64,000 nt of DNA, from the NCBI GenBank assembly GCA_001949185.1, contig BDGG01000002.1, positions 961,481-1,025,480 on the forward strand. The letters run 5' to 3'. The DNA comes from Ramazzottius varieornatus. Taxonomy: Eukaryota > Animalia > Tardigrada. The position numbers were made by a program, and so were the translations under genes. Below are positions 1-12,000 of this stretch, one piece after another. Numbering within the stretch: position 1 is the stretch's first letter; each line of letters begins with the position of its first letter. The notes below the pieces were generated by a model. It had not been told where the DNA came from. It made no database searches and saw nothing but the letters and a program-made list of their open reading frames with translations.

Positions 1-1523
1 CGCGAAGATGGGAAACATTTCGGAAGCTGCACTAATCCATAACGAAGGATCGCGATGGCAGTGCTCTGTGGCACACGTTCAACGTGATGGAAGCAATTGC
101 CGTCTGCAGCGAGCTGACCGTTGTCGGGAACCTTGAGATCCGCGGCCGTGTTGATAGTAACCGCATATATAGATTGTTCGGAAATGATACCTCTTGTTGT
201 TAATTAAGGAGAGTCTGGAGGGGACTTCGCAATGTGGTTTCCTTAATCTGGCTTTGATTATACTTTCGGAAGAAAGTGATTTTCGAAAGCCAAGATGTCG
301 GAAGCTAGGCTGAGTCTGCCAGGATTCTCTCGAACAAGTCGGGTCAGACTGGGAGTTTCACCGATGCACGCTGCCGAGGAATTGCTGGCAAGCAGTGCTG
401 CACCAGCGTGTCGAAGTCCACCATACGATTGGCGGCCTTTGCGCTGTTGTAGATGTCCAGCAGCGTGGCATTCGGGGAATTCTACACAACAGTTTTACCT
501 TGCAGTAAAAACTGTAAAATTAACCATATATCCTAAAACCTGGTGTACGAGGACAAATTTGTAAAGTTGGCAGGCTGGTGCCGAGTTGTAAAGTTTGCCA
601 TCAAATATTATCAATAGGAGTAGTCTATCAAAAGGCCTACGCTCTGTAGGATCCGGCTAACTTTCAGCCGCGGCCTACACTGGCTAACTTTACAACTTTG
701 CTCCCGTATATATCCTCGTCATGTCCATCGTCCATATTCCCGTGCGATGTACATGGGGACGTATGGCCGAGGGACACACCGGACGCAGTGGCGGAGGTGA
801 CATAAACTAGCCATATCGAAAGAGAAAATATATAGGTAGTTACCGACAAGATGTTGGCGATGGTGATGAAGTCAGAAACGTAGTAAATCGGGTTTGCACC
901 AATGACTCCGTTGGCGTTATTGACGAGAATACGTGTTTCGCTCTGGAGGAACGGTTGCAACAAGTCAATGACGGTATGACGGGACTTCTTGATGGCCAAT
1001 TCCACAGCGGCGAGGTCGATCTTCTGTTGAGGGCCAGTCAGCAGCAAGGGTTACGAAAGCAGGTTCTTTCAAACATGGATATAGAAAAAACACGGTTGGA
1101 GCTTACCTTGTTGACAAGGTCGGCGATAAAACCCGTGCTGACACCGATGACAAAGTCACCGTATGTTTTTTTTCCGGCTGGCGAGTCAGATTGTAGTCAA
1201 ACCAGCCTCCGGAAGCGCTCTCCATGGCTTCTAGCATGTCGATAATAATACCGCCATTCTTCCCATCAGCGTCAGCGGCAGTCAAGAAAGGGTCCGCATG
1301 AAAGAGAGCACAATAGCATTTCCGGTTGAACTCGATACGGTACAAAGTGACATATCAGCAGCGTAAAGATAAGACTCTTTATGATACATACCCCGATGCC
1401 TTCCACACGGTACTTCTTTGTGAGACAACCACCATGGCTGCTATCGATATGGCCGTAGCTAGCGCTGACCACAGCGACCACTCCCAGAATGGCAACCCAA
1501 CACAATGGTTGAAAAGGATCCAT
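1..1523 (-). pseudogene. Divergent ionotropic receptor (IR/iGluR-like) gene, apparently frameshifted; 3' end lies beyond the window start
   Basis: Signal peptide MDPFQPLCWVAILGVVAVVSA at 1523. Spliced reading ...GIIIDMLEAMESASGGWFDYNL...YGDFVIGVSTGFIADLVNK|KIDLAAVELAIKKSRHTVIDLLQPFLQSETRILV matches the iGluR S1 consensus (GMVGELV..KADLAVAPLTIT.ER..VIDFT.PF) across intron 1106-1024. An M1-like hydrophobic segment and an M3-like GYMVNFTVFTA follow. Needs a frameshift at the A8 run (1166-1173). Confidence 0.65.
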
Positions 1524-2618
1524 CTTTGAGAATAAAAGATGCTGGCTTTGCTAGACGATGAGAAAGTCAGACTGATGGCTTGAAGTCTGACGAAGCGCTC
1601 AACCGCCAGGTCCGACACGCCGAAACAGCGCAAAAGACATTTTCCGCGGATGACTGCTCCCCATAAAACCGGCGTTACCGCAGCAAACTGACTTTCTGAG
1701 GTGACCGACAGAAAGTCACATCATTGTTGATTATCAACGCGCAAGATACACTTCTTGATGCATTTTTTGGTAGCATGCGCAGCTGACAGCGTAATCAACA
1801 GAAATGGAAGGAACGGAAAAAGTGTTGGGTCAACAGTCGCTAGCGCGGCATTCTGGGCGCCGCTGGTAGGAAAAAAATTCATGGTTGAGCGAACGTAGTT
1901 CCGACAGATGCCGACTCGACTATGATGTTCCCGTTTAGCGATCTAGTTGTTCACTGCCCAATCCGAATCCTGGGGTACAAAACAGTCAACAGTTCCTTAT
2001 TGACTGCTCAGAGTCAGCGAACTTCCAATGCCTTTTGCCCTTCTGACCCTCACAGGTCTACGAAGGCACGCCCTAACCCCGAACTGCTCGATGGCGAATG
2101 ATAGAACAAACAATTCGCTTGATGGGCCTAATTTGGCAACTAGTTGTTCACTAAATTGAACGGAAACTTTACGGAAGGGTGTCGGACGCGTTACAGAGAG
2201 GTATGAGCCGTACAAATTTTGTTCCCGGGAAAACTAGAGAAGAAGTGGCATCGAAATTTTTTCGAACATTTTCTTTTGAGCGGAAAATAGGAAATCAATT
2301 AACCTTGTGGTTTACCCGCAAGATCTGATGAAATTTCGCTTCGAAAACTTTTTCTTTCGTGTAGGCGATGTCGCATGTCTCTTTAAAAATTTTCAACTTT
2401 TCCCAACCTTTCGCAGCATTGTTCACTTCCGAATATGACACTGTGACTCCCGGGTGTTTTGTTCACCCAGTTTACGAGGGATACGTCCATTCCTTCAGCT
2501 CGGAACACGTGTAGTCTGATAACTTTTGTGGTTGTCATGCCATCCTGACGCGCTTGCTAGTATAGATGTGTCACATGAGACTTAACTTAAAGAAAGCTAA
2601 CTAATTACCCCAAAAACC

Positions 2619-3503
2619 ATGGTGCGTTTGCAAGTGAAAAAGGGCGACGAAGATTTGTTTCTGTATGATGCACCTGCCAGTACATCTATCGACAGTCTGA
2701 CAAAAGAAATTTGTCAGCTTCACAATGGTCGTTTCAAAGTATTTCGTATGGCTGCCGAGATGGAAGATCTGGCGCAACACGGCATCGCACTCCCGCCCGA
2801 CATGGTCGGCTTGAACGACGAGCAGATCAGCGAACTCAACCTTCGCGACACTTTTGCTGAAGAGCACCTTCCCTCTGGTGGATGCATCTTTCGCAAGGAC
2901 GAACTGCTTCGCCGTAATGGTTACGCACCCACCGAAGCCTTTGCTAAAATTCTCACAGATGCCGTTGCTGAAGCTAAGGAAGCTCTTCATAAACGTCTAG
3001 TGAGTGAATGCAAATGTCTCACCTATGAAGCCGTCACCGATCAATTCATGAAAATGAAAGGCGCCCTTATGATTGTGTATCCAATGGGCCTGCCGTTACA
3101 TGAGCCATTGCATGTTGAGATGACGACCATGTCTGCGTGGAATTTGGACGCGGGCCACGGAGGTTACCGAGATGTAATGGAGGAGGATAAGACGGCCTTG
3201 TGGTGGGCGGGGAAAGAGTTGAAGGGGGATAAACTATTAAAGGATTTTGTTGGTCCGAACGATAAGACCAAGGTGGTGGTCAAGCTGGCGGAAAGAGGAA
3301 AGGGTGTGCCAGGGAGAGAACCGGTCTTCAGCGAGGAACAGAAAAAACGGTTGCTGGCTCAGGCGTTTCAGCGGCAGCAAGAGCTGGAACAGTTGGAAGA
3401 AGAAGATGATGACGATCATTATTTGAATTCAAAATGGGCTGATGGGGCGGCGTTGAAGAGAACCTTCCAAGGGATAGCTGATATCAAAACTCCTCCATTC
3501 TGA
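2619..3503 (+). CDS. CFAP298: Cilia- and flagella-associated protein 298 (C21orf59/kurly homologue), single coding exon, 294 aa
   Basis: Full-length resemblance to CFAP298: MVRLQVKKGDE, HNGRFKV, HGIALPPDMVGLNDEQI, RRNGYAP, GALMIVYPMGLP, LWWAGKEL, DFVGPNDKTKVVVKL, YLNSKWAD..ALKRTFQG. Confidence 0.95.
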   Translation: MVRLQVKKGDEDLFLYDAPASTSIDSLTKEICQLHNGRFKVFRMAAEMEDLAQHGIALPPDMVGLNDEQISELNLRDTFAEEHLPSGGCIFRKDELLRRNGYAPTEAFAKILTDAVAEAKEALHKRLVSECKCLTYEAVTDQFMKMKGALMIVYPMGLPLHEPLHVEMTTMSAWNLDAGHGGYRDVMEEDKTALWWAGKELKGDKLLKDFVGPNDKTKVVVKLAERGKGVPGREPVFSEEQKKRLLAQAFQRQQELEQLEEEDDDDHYLNSKWADGAALKRTFQGIADIKTPPF

Positions 3504-6073
3504 TTCTTCTTGTAGGTCGAGTTTCAGACGTTATATCCTGTTTATGTCTTTTTTGGCCGCCGGAAAACGTTGTTCAAAACTAATAAATCATTGTTTTAAT
3601 TTTAGGGCGGAAGTCTTATGGTTACAACGAAAGTTCAAAGGCCCTCCTAGAAACAATTTGTATATGAAAATTCATCCATCACTAAAAACAATACCAAAAA
3701 CCCCTCTGTCGGGAGATAACTGGCGTTTTCTGCTTGACATTTTGGGAGGCGCAATGGAGATATAGAATATTTTCTAACCGTAAAAAAAGCTTCCTTCTGA
3801 AGAAATCTACTTGTCGTAGGCATTTTCTTTTCCTCTACCATCAAGTAAATCTAAACCAACTTTTGTTGCGCAAGGTAGGTGGACGTATGTTCTATCAAGG
3901 CATACTCATCAGGCAAGCTGAAGAGAATCTTGCAAGTAGCTGTCCACACTATACGGAACGGAAGATCCCAGAACGCCGAGTAGAGACCATCTTCTAGTTT
4001 TAGCACCAGAAAGTCACGTCATCGAACTTTTGCGTCTCGAAACTGCTCCCTAGATAGAACAATGTTTTTCCATAGAACGCGTGTCGTAGGTCGGTTATAC
4101 GCAGTAACCTGGAGAGTGAGGGAAGATAAAGTTTTGCGACAACTGGTGGGCGCCACCCGATAATTCGACGAGTCGAAAGGACTGGTGTCGGGTTTCTGGA
4201 GTTATCAAACGGGAAAACTTGCGCGTGAAAGAATGCATGAAAGGAGAAACCGCGCTTCTTCAAAGCTTTATGCCTTTACTATTGAAGTCGAAATTCCTTT
4301 ACTGTAGTCGAAATTTGTGTTTCTGGCAGCAGCGAGAGTGAACCATCTATCGTACGAGCACGCGTCGTTGCGATACTCAGTTGCAGAACTCGAGATGGAG
4401 CCTCTGACGGAACGTAGAAAGACTCGGGGACAAGATGCAACCTCTTCCGGTTCTGGCGGAAAAGGATACGTTTTTTATCGCTTCAAGTCATTTCAGATAC
4501 ACCAGACCAGACATGTTGTCCGTTCCACAGTGGTGAAATAAGGCACCATCGATTATTAGTTCATAGCTTCATCCAAGTTCATGCTTGGTATGATGGTATA
4601 ATTATCAAGCGCGGATTGTTGAGTGCTACGCTTACAGCTTCCGCAACATGGTAATGCTGCTTTACAGTACCGGTAAATGATTCGTGTATCGATACGACAT
4701 GATATGCCGGCACTAAATAAACTCATTAGCAAGGGTTGGAATAGATATACTTACACAACCTCGGTACACGCGCGCTGAGGAAGTCTGGGCCAGTGGAAAG
4801 TATGCGCCAACCGGAAGAGATGTGCAATTTTGAGCAGTATCCTGGAAAAGATTCAGCATCTGCAAACTACTGCGACCCCGACCGGCCATCCTAAATACGC
4901 CCTTGATTGCGCGAACATCCCGGATGACGTCTTTGCACAGATTCTTGACCCATTTCAAAAGCCGATGTGTTTGATGACTACATGTACACCGTTATGGCCC
5001 TGTGACGTCAGGAGCCGGAACTTTGCCACAAAGCGGCTTTTTTCGACATAATATTTTATTCGTTTCCGTTTTCAAATTTCAAGAGATGTGAGTAAAAACA
5101 AGGAAGCCCAGCACAAACTAGACCTCCTGGTTCCGAGTATCCAAAGTATAAAAGATCTCTTCAAGACCAGGAGAGAATAGAGATGTCCTCAGAACACAGG
5201 CAGCGTTCCCTCTCTGTACGCCTACACTAGAACTTGTCTAAGAAATTCCGACGAGGCGGCATTGTACGAGAGTCCACCGGTCGACGTGCAAGTCATATTC
5301 TTCCTTCTCTCAAAGTGTCCAAATCGACAACGACATATTATATCCAGATTTTTCTCGGATTCTATACCGGATTCGGCGACTTTAGAGTATCTCCAAGACT
5401 TTAGAGAAGAAAAAGTGGGCGGACGCGAGTCGTACAAGTACACTTTTGTCCGATGACGTCATAGGACACAAATTCTCTGGGTTTGTTTTCAAATTTCAAT
5501 CTCGGAAGTCGAAAGTGGCGCATCTTCCCGTGTGTTTTTCTATCGTCCCACCCGTCTGATTTTCTCTATGAAGCTGTCATCGGGATAGCAGAGGAAACAG
5601 GTGGAGTCGACGAGCAGAAGCGTCTATAATATTGAAGATGGGATATCCCGCTGGCGCATGCGGTTGAGCCGTAAGTGTACACATCCGGTGCGACTAATAT
5701 TCTTCTTGTCCACCCTTCCCTTCATCACGATATGAAAAGAAGCTTCTGTTTTTGCGGCGACGTCGTCGACATTGATGACAGTATTTTGGCATCGCTGCAG
5801 TCTATCGGGCTATCAACGCCAGCCGATACTATCGTTAAAGCTTCGGCTTGCTCGCCAGAATTAGACGCCTTGTCTCTAAAGTCTCGAATCATCAATTCAC
5901 GCTGCTGCACTAATTGCAGATTTATCCCTACAAGAGCCTCCTGACTCCGCTAATCCCGATCCTGCTTTGTGAGGCTACTATGCGCAGGGCATTGGAGGGA
6001 AATGGGATGATCAACAGTCAGTATCGGAACAGCGCCAAATGTTCATTTGGGTTGATATTGGTATCCGCTGGGA

Positions 6074-9000
6074 ATGTGTCTGATTTATTATTGTGTTGCG
6101 GTCTCGTTGGAGCTATTATCGGCTGTTGTTGGGGGACAGAACGTGGTGGCGATACCGGAGAATCGTCCATCGCAAAGTCAACAGCATAATCTGACGTTCG
6201 GTGTCATCTTGCCTAATAACGATAAATATGCATCATCCATCCACCGAGTCCTGCCTGTCATCAAACTAGCCATTGACCGCGTCCAGGCCGACCCCGCACT
6301 TCTGCCAGGATGGAATATCCGTGTCAAGGTACCAGTTTTCTATTCGTAAATATTCACAGGGATTTTTTCTGATGGCTTCTCTTTGCAGTGGAGCAAATTA
6401 TTGGGCGACTGTTCTTCAACATATGGTAATTGGTAAAGGTTGATTTGCATACAATATTGATTGACCAGGCTGACTTCGTGATTCAGTTGATTGACGTGGG
6501 ATGTTGATCTGGTCACGTGGTCTCGGCTATTGAGATACGGTGTCACGTGGGATGGTTTGACTGCACATTGTTGATTGACAGGTGTGTCTCAAGCGTGGCT
6601 GTTGATTTTGTACTTTGCAGGACCGCTGAGTGCTATCGAGATGCGTCAAGATGTTCAGGTGGGTGTCTCTTCATCACTGCTGTTAGAGATAATCAAGTCT
6701 ATAACGCAGCAGTTAATGATCTACCTGTGAGAACATTAAAAACGCCAAGTAAGTTCTGACAGAGCATAATTTACCGGCTGTCTTGCACTGCAGGTGTTCT
6801 TTGGACCCGTTTGCGACTATGATCTGGCACCGGTGGTCAGATACACTAATGCCAGCTGGGGAATCCCTGTCTTGACATCAGGAGGACGGAATTCCGTCTT
6901 TGATAATAAGGTAGATGAAGACAGGAAGGCATTCTGCTTCAAGTTACTACAAAGGAAATAGTGGGCAATTTTCACATCCAGAGATTATCGATTTGCTTCC
7001 CTCATGGTGCTTGGACTATCCTTTACAGACGGAATATGCATTACTGACACGGATGAATGGCTATTATCGGCAGTTGGGCGACATCTTCCTGGAGATTCTC
7101 AATAAGTTCCATTGGAAAATTGTGGGCATGCTGTTTTCAGACCATTTACTCCACAGAAACATGGGCCGTTCTGACTGTAAGTACACTTTTACCACTCGCG
7201 CATTTGCATCGCGTGCCGCTATTTGAATAGCATGTGTACCACGTGTTTATGCGCGTCGTTTCGAGTGGGTAGGATGGCCTAGGTTCGAATTTCACATCAG
7301 TCGGCCTTCTTGCTCCGTCTCCCACTGTCAGGTGGTAGCATGTTAATGGACCTAGACCACGTGGTATGTCAGGCTGGTAGTGTGGTTGCCCGGGTTCGAT
7401 TCTTCATTGTCGCGTACTTTTTGAAATTGTTTTTTGTGTTTTTTTCCAGATTATTTCGCCCTGAATCCGGTGTTCGACACGTTGAAAGAAAAGCGTCCTG
7501 GATCGAAGCCACCATTCTACAAGAGTTTCGACGAGGCTGCCACGATTGAGGAATTTGCGACACTTTTGAAGGAGATGGTCCTTCACGCTCGAAGTAAGTC
7601 ACGCTGCGTGGGTTCGTCATGCGCACTTTGTACTTTTGAATTTCGAACTGTCATCAACTCAGTGTCAAAGCTACTAAAAGCTCTCTTAATCTTTGAGAAT
7701 AATTGAAGAGATAAGAAATAGGCGGAAATGTCGATGATTGGCAATTGATATTAGGACCACCATCACGCAATGCGGCAATGTCATGGCTTGTTGGGAAGCG
7801 ATGACGTTTGATTTAACGTCGGCCTGAGGATCCTTTGTGATTCCGAAGACAGGGCTCAGACAAATCAGAGTGAGCTGAGAGGTTACAATTGCTCCCTATC
7901 AAGAGAAGCTAATGGATTCCCGACTGACAAATCATAAGCGTCCTGTCACAATAGCGGATCTTCAAATATCAATATCTAATCAAGAGTGACCGCAGGCGAC
8001 AAGCTTGTCTTCTTTTGACGTTCTTTCAATTCTGTCCACAAGTAAACATTGTAAGCTCCTCATTACACTTCAATCTGGTGTCACTTCCGATTCCGACGGG
8101 AAGTGGCGTTTCTTCTTGAGGACGTTGTAATTGGAAAAATCCGATTGGAAAGTATCGTCAAGCAGGAAGTTTTGTCGAAGGAACCAACGACAAGGGTCCC
8201 TTGAGGGGCTGCAGTGGGGAAACTCATTGAGCTTGACGATCGCCAATGATGCTCTATTCTCCTTACGTAATTTTGTAAGAAAGGGAAGGTAGTTGGGAGG
8301 AATGTGATCCGTCATGTCATTAATTACGTTTTTCCATCCAACACATTTCACTTCGGTTTGCACTTTGCAGCATGCGTTTCATAGCGGCGGCAATCGTCGT
8401 AGCTTAATTATTATTGGAGACTTTTTTCTCTGTAACAAAATTTGTCGAACCCGGTACTCTGTCCGGAAAACATACGGCCTGAATAGCAACAGAAGAATAC
8501 CAAAACCTATTTCAAATAGTCCGCGGACACCTAGATGGGAATCCGGCAATGAAACTTGACAAGATTGTTTGTCGAAGTGGCGCTCGCTCAGAGCCTGTAA
8601 CACGAAAACGTGCGCCACTTGGCGGAAATAAATATGGCAGAATCTTTTTCGAAGGGACGCACTCTTCTGGTTACTGACAGTGGAAAATGCGCCACATATG
8701 AGAACGACCTAGCCGACATCGCCGCCGAGTTGCTATTTTATTACAGTTATCGTCCTGTGTGCTTCTCGACGGAGTGTTCGGAATTTGTTGCTGACAGCAG
8801 ATTCGTTGGGGATGTTGGAGAGCGGAGATTGTGTGGGTTTTCCGCCTAGCCTTTTTATTTTTTTCGGTTTCATGAAGTAATTCTGGATATTATGTTTGCA
8901 GGTTTTCATTTATGTGGAATTAACTGGCGGGTACGTTTCTCATTCGCTTTTGCAGATCAGCTTATCGGTATTTTCATCCTTTCTACAGCACATCAAACTC

Positions 9001-12000
9001 GAACGAGAAGATATGGTTTAACGAGCTGGATACGGCAGAGAATAACAGCCGCGCAAGGAAAGCCTTCGAGTCCGTCCTAATGCTTCGTCCCCGAACTCCC
9101 TACTCTGACCAGTACCGCCACTTCTCTCAAGAAGTTGCGCATCTGGCCGTCAGGGAGTACGGATTTCCGCAGCAAGATGACGAGGTGGGAATATGTGGTA
9201 AAACTAAATTTAGAGCTCAGCAAACAAACTCGATAGAATCGAATCTCAAAGTGGCGCACGTTTCACGCCAGTCTTTTCTCAAAGTGGCGCACACTTTGAA
9301 CCATCAACGCGAAAACAGTGCCCCACTGCAAAAATATGATCTTGTCGAATTTACATGCCGAATTTGGAATTTATTGGTTTTAGAAATCTGTTGGGTATAA
9401 TTTCGCTGTTGAGAAATTTTCCCAAATAGCCTTGGGCCGGTATTAACTTTTATTGGCTGGTTGGTAGGTGAGTCTGGAAGCGGCGTCGTTTTATGAGGCA
9501 GTCATTCTCTACGTGACTGCACTGAACGATGCCATAAAGCTGGGGTACTCACCAAAAGATGGACGGATCATCCACGGTCTCATGCGGAACAGAACCTTGC
9601 CCGGTAAGAACTCGTCGACCTTTGGTTATGGCGTTCTTGACTCTTGTGCCGGCATTTCGGGTCGTTTGAACTATCAACCAATTTTCGGTTCTCCAACCGA
9701 ATTTTCAGAGCCTACAGATAGTTGGTTTGTCATCGTTGTAATTTTTCCGGGTGGAGAAGATGAGTTGCTATCGTAGATTGCGATGGACTTTGTTTGTCTT
9801 TAGGAATCGTCGGCAACTTCAGCGTCGATGGGAATAACGATAGGTAACTGCAAGCTTTGAATAAATTCTGTTGCGTAAAGTATTATAGCAACATACGCTT
9901 TTCCGCATACGATCGTAGATTAAAATAGAGCGTGATTATCTAATTATTTAAGGCACGGAGACTTTTCCATTTTGGACATGGAACCCTCGACCGGGCTCTT
10001 CCGGGTAAACTTCATACACAGTGTAGCATTGTCGAATCCTGGTGGGACGCGCCCCTTGTGAAGTTTGATTCAGATGGCTTTTTCACAGGAAGTGGCCATG
10101 TACCTGGGGACCGATAAGCGCTACGTTGAAGCTCCCTCCTCGACAATTCACTGGTCGGGTGGTCGCTTGACACCACCGCCCGACGAACCCGAGTGCGGCT
10201 TCGATAACGCTAAATGCATTTCCAGTATGTAATGAAGCGGGATGCGTTTTCATTGTGTATTCGTAGTTTAGCACTGTTTCTGTTATAGTTATCGGCACAG
10301 GCGAAATCATAGCAATCGTTTTGTCGGTAAGTAGTGGTGCTGTTTCTTTGATTCCCAACAGAGCAACCATGCGCTTACTATTAATTTTGTTGTTTTCGCA
10401 TAGGTCGTTTTGGTCGTGGTCCTGATTATGGGCGCGCTATGCTATCGCCATTACAAGAGAGAGGCCGAGCTAGCTTCCATGACATGGCTGGTCAAGTATG
10501 AAGATCTGAAGTTCGGGAAGGAAGGCGACCTGAAGAGAACGGATAGCCGACAAAGTTTGTTCAAGGTTGGTCTGGCGTTAGGCTCGCCAAAGTTTCCTGA
10601 CAGGTGGCGCTGTCTACTTCCGGCGCCGAAATTGTTCGTGTTCCTTATTAAATGTTGCCGACATTTTTCGGAGCTTTCTGCAGAGGAGGGCTTCTTGCAG
10701 CGCTTAGGCAAAAAATCGGTAGAACTTTCTCCTCAATCATTCAGCTAAAAGAATACGGAGCAGAGTTTCCTGTGGATTGTTTAAGTACCTGCATACAAGG
10801 ACCCACTGTTATTATCTATTTATATGTATGCAGGTGTTTCGAAGTACACTTTATTGACACAATTCTCCCTATCTCATCTCCAGATACTGATATTTTCGCT
10901 AGAACGTCATCTGACATGTTTTCTTTCATAGAATCGTGACGATGTGTCGATGGATACTTTGGCTTTTGGAGAAAACCGCAAGCAGATTTTCGCGCAGACA
11001 GCCTGGTACAAGAAACAACTCTGCGCCGTCAAGAAAATGAAATGCCTACAGATTCCACTATCTAGGCCGATGCTCAAAGAGTTCAAAACGGTAGCCACTA
11101 CTGCCCTCTAATGAGCTAAACACGGGTTATGGTCATCGTTCAACGTTGAGAATATTGTTCACCTGGAACTTTGCAGATACAAGGAATGACCCACGACCAT
11201 GTGGCCGCTTTTCGGGGTGCTTGCTTCGACTCCGAACCTCCGTGCCTTCTTTTCGAGTACTGTCCGAAAGGCAGTCTGGAAGATATCCTGGAGAACGAAG
11301 AGATCCAGTTGGACTGGATGTTCCGGTACTCGCTCATGCATGACTTGGTCAAGGTAAATAAATCTTAGCCCAGAAATCAGAGAAATGAAGTTACTTTTAT
11401 CCGAGATGTCGGTTAAATACTGCAGATTTACTGATATAGTTTTCCCAAGTGGCCCACGCTCTCAGACAACACCCTCGACATCGTGCGCCACATGGGAAAA
11501 ATCGAACTCGTCAATATCGTTTTCCCAAGTGACGCACTTCGACAGCTAGCGACCATGACGCCCTGCGCCACTTGAGATAACAATCTGTGAATTCCTCTGT
11601 CGGCGTCCCGCATTTCCGTGAGATTGCAAGACCGGAAAATGTTTTCCGAGCAGCGCGAACGATGGTTACTGGAATTCAATTTTGGTTGAATATATGTACG
11701 TAATTTACGTTGACAAAGTGATTATTTTCAGGGAATGGCGTACATTCACTCGAGCGAACTGAAAACCCACGGCAACTTGAAGAGTACCAACTGTGTGGTG
11801 GATAGCCGTTTTGTGCTTAAAGTAACCGGTGAGGCGTGCACAGAATGATAGTCCTGATTCTCCGACGACAGTTCTTTGTCATGTTTGTTCAAACCTCTTC
11901 CTTCTTTCTCCCATTGACAGATTATGGACCGCATTGTATGCGCAACATTGACGGCGGCGACCTGGACGATGAAACGGATGCTTTCCCTCACTGGCACCGT

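Noticed and set aside
8958-8969. Apparent 12-nt micro-exon in the cyclase gene
   Set aside because: It would leave introns of under 30 nt; a single 57-nt intron (8931-8987) keeps the frame.
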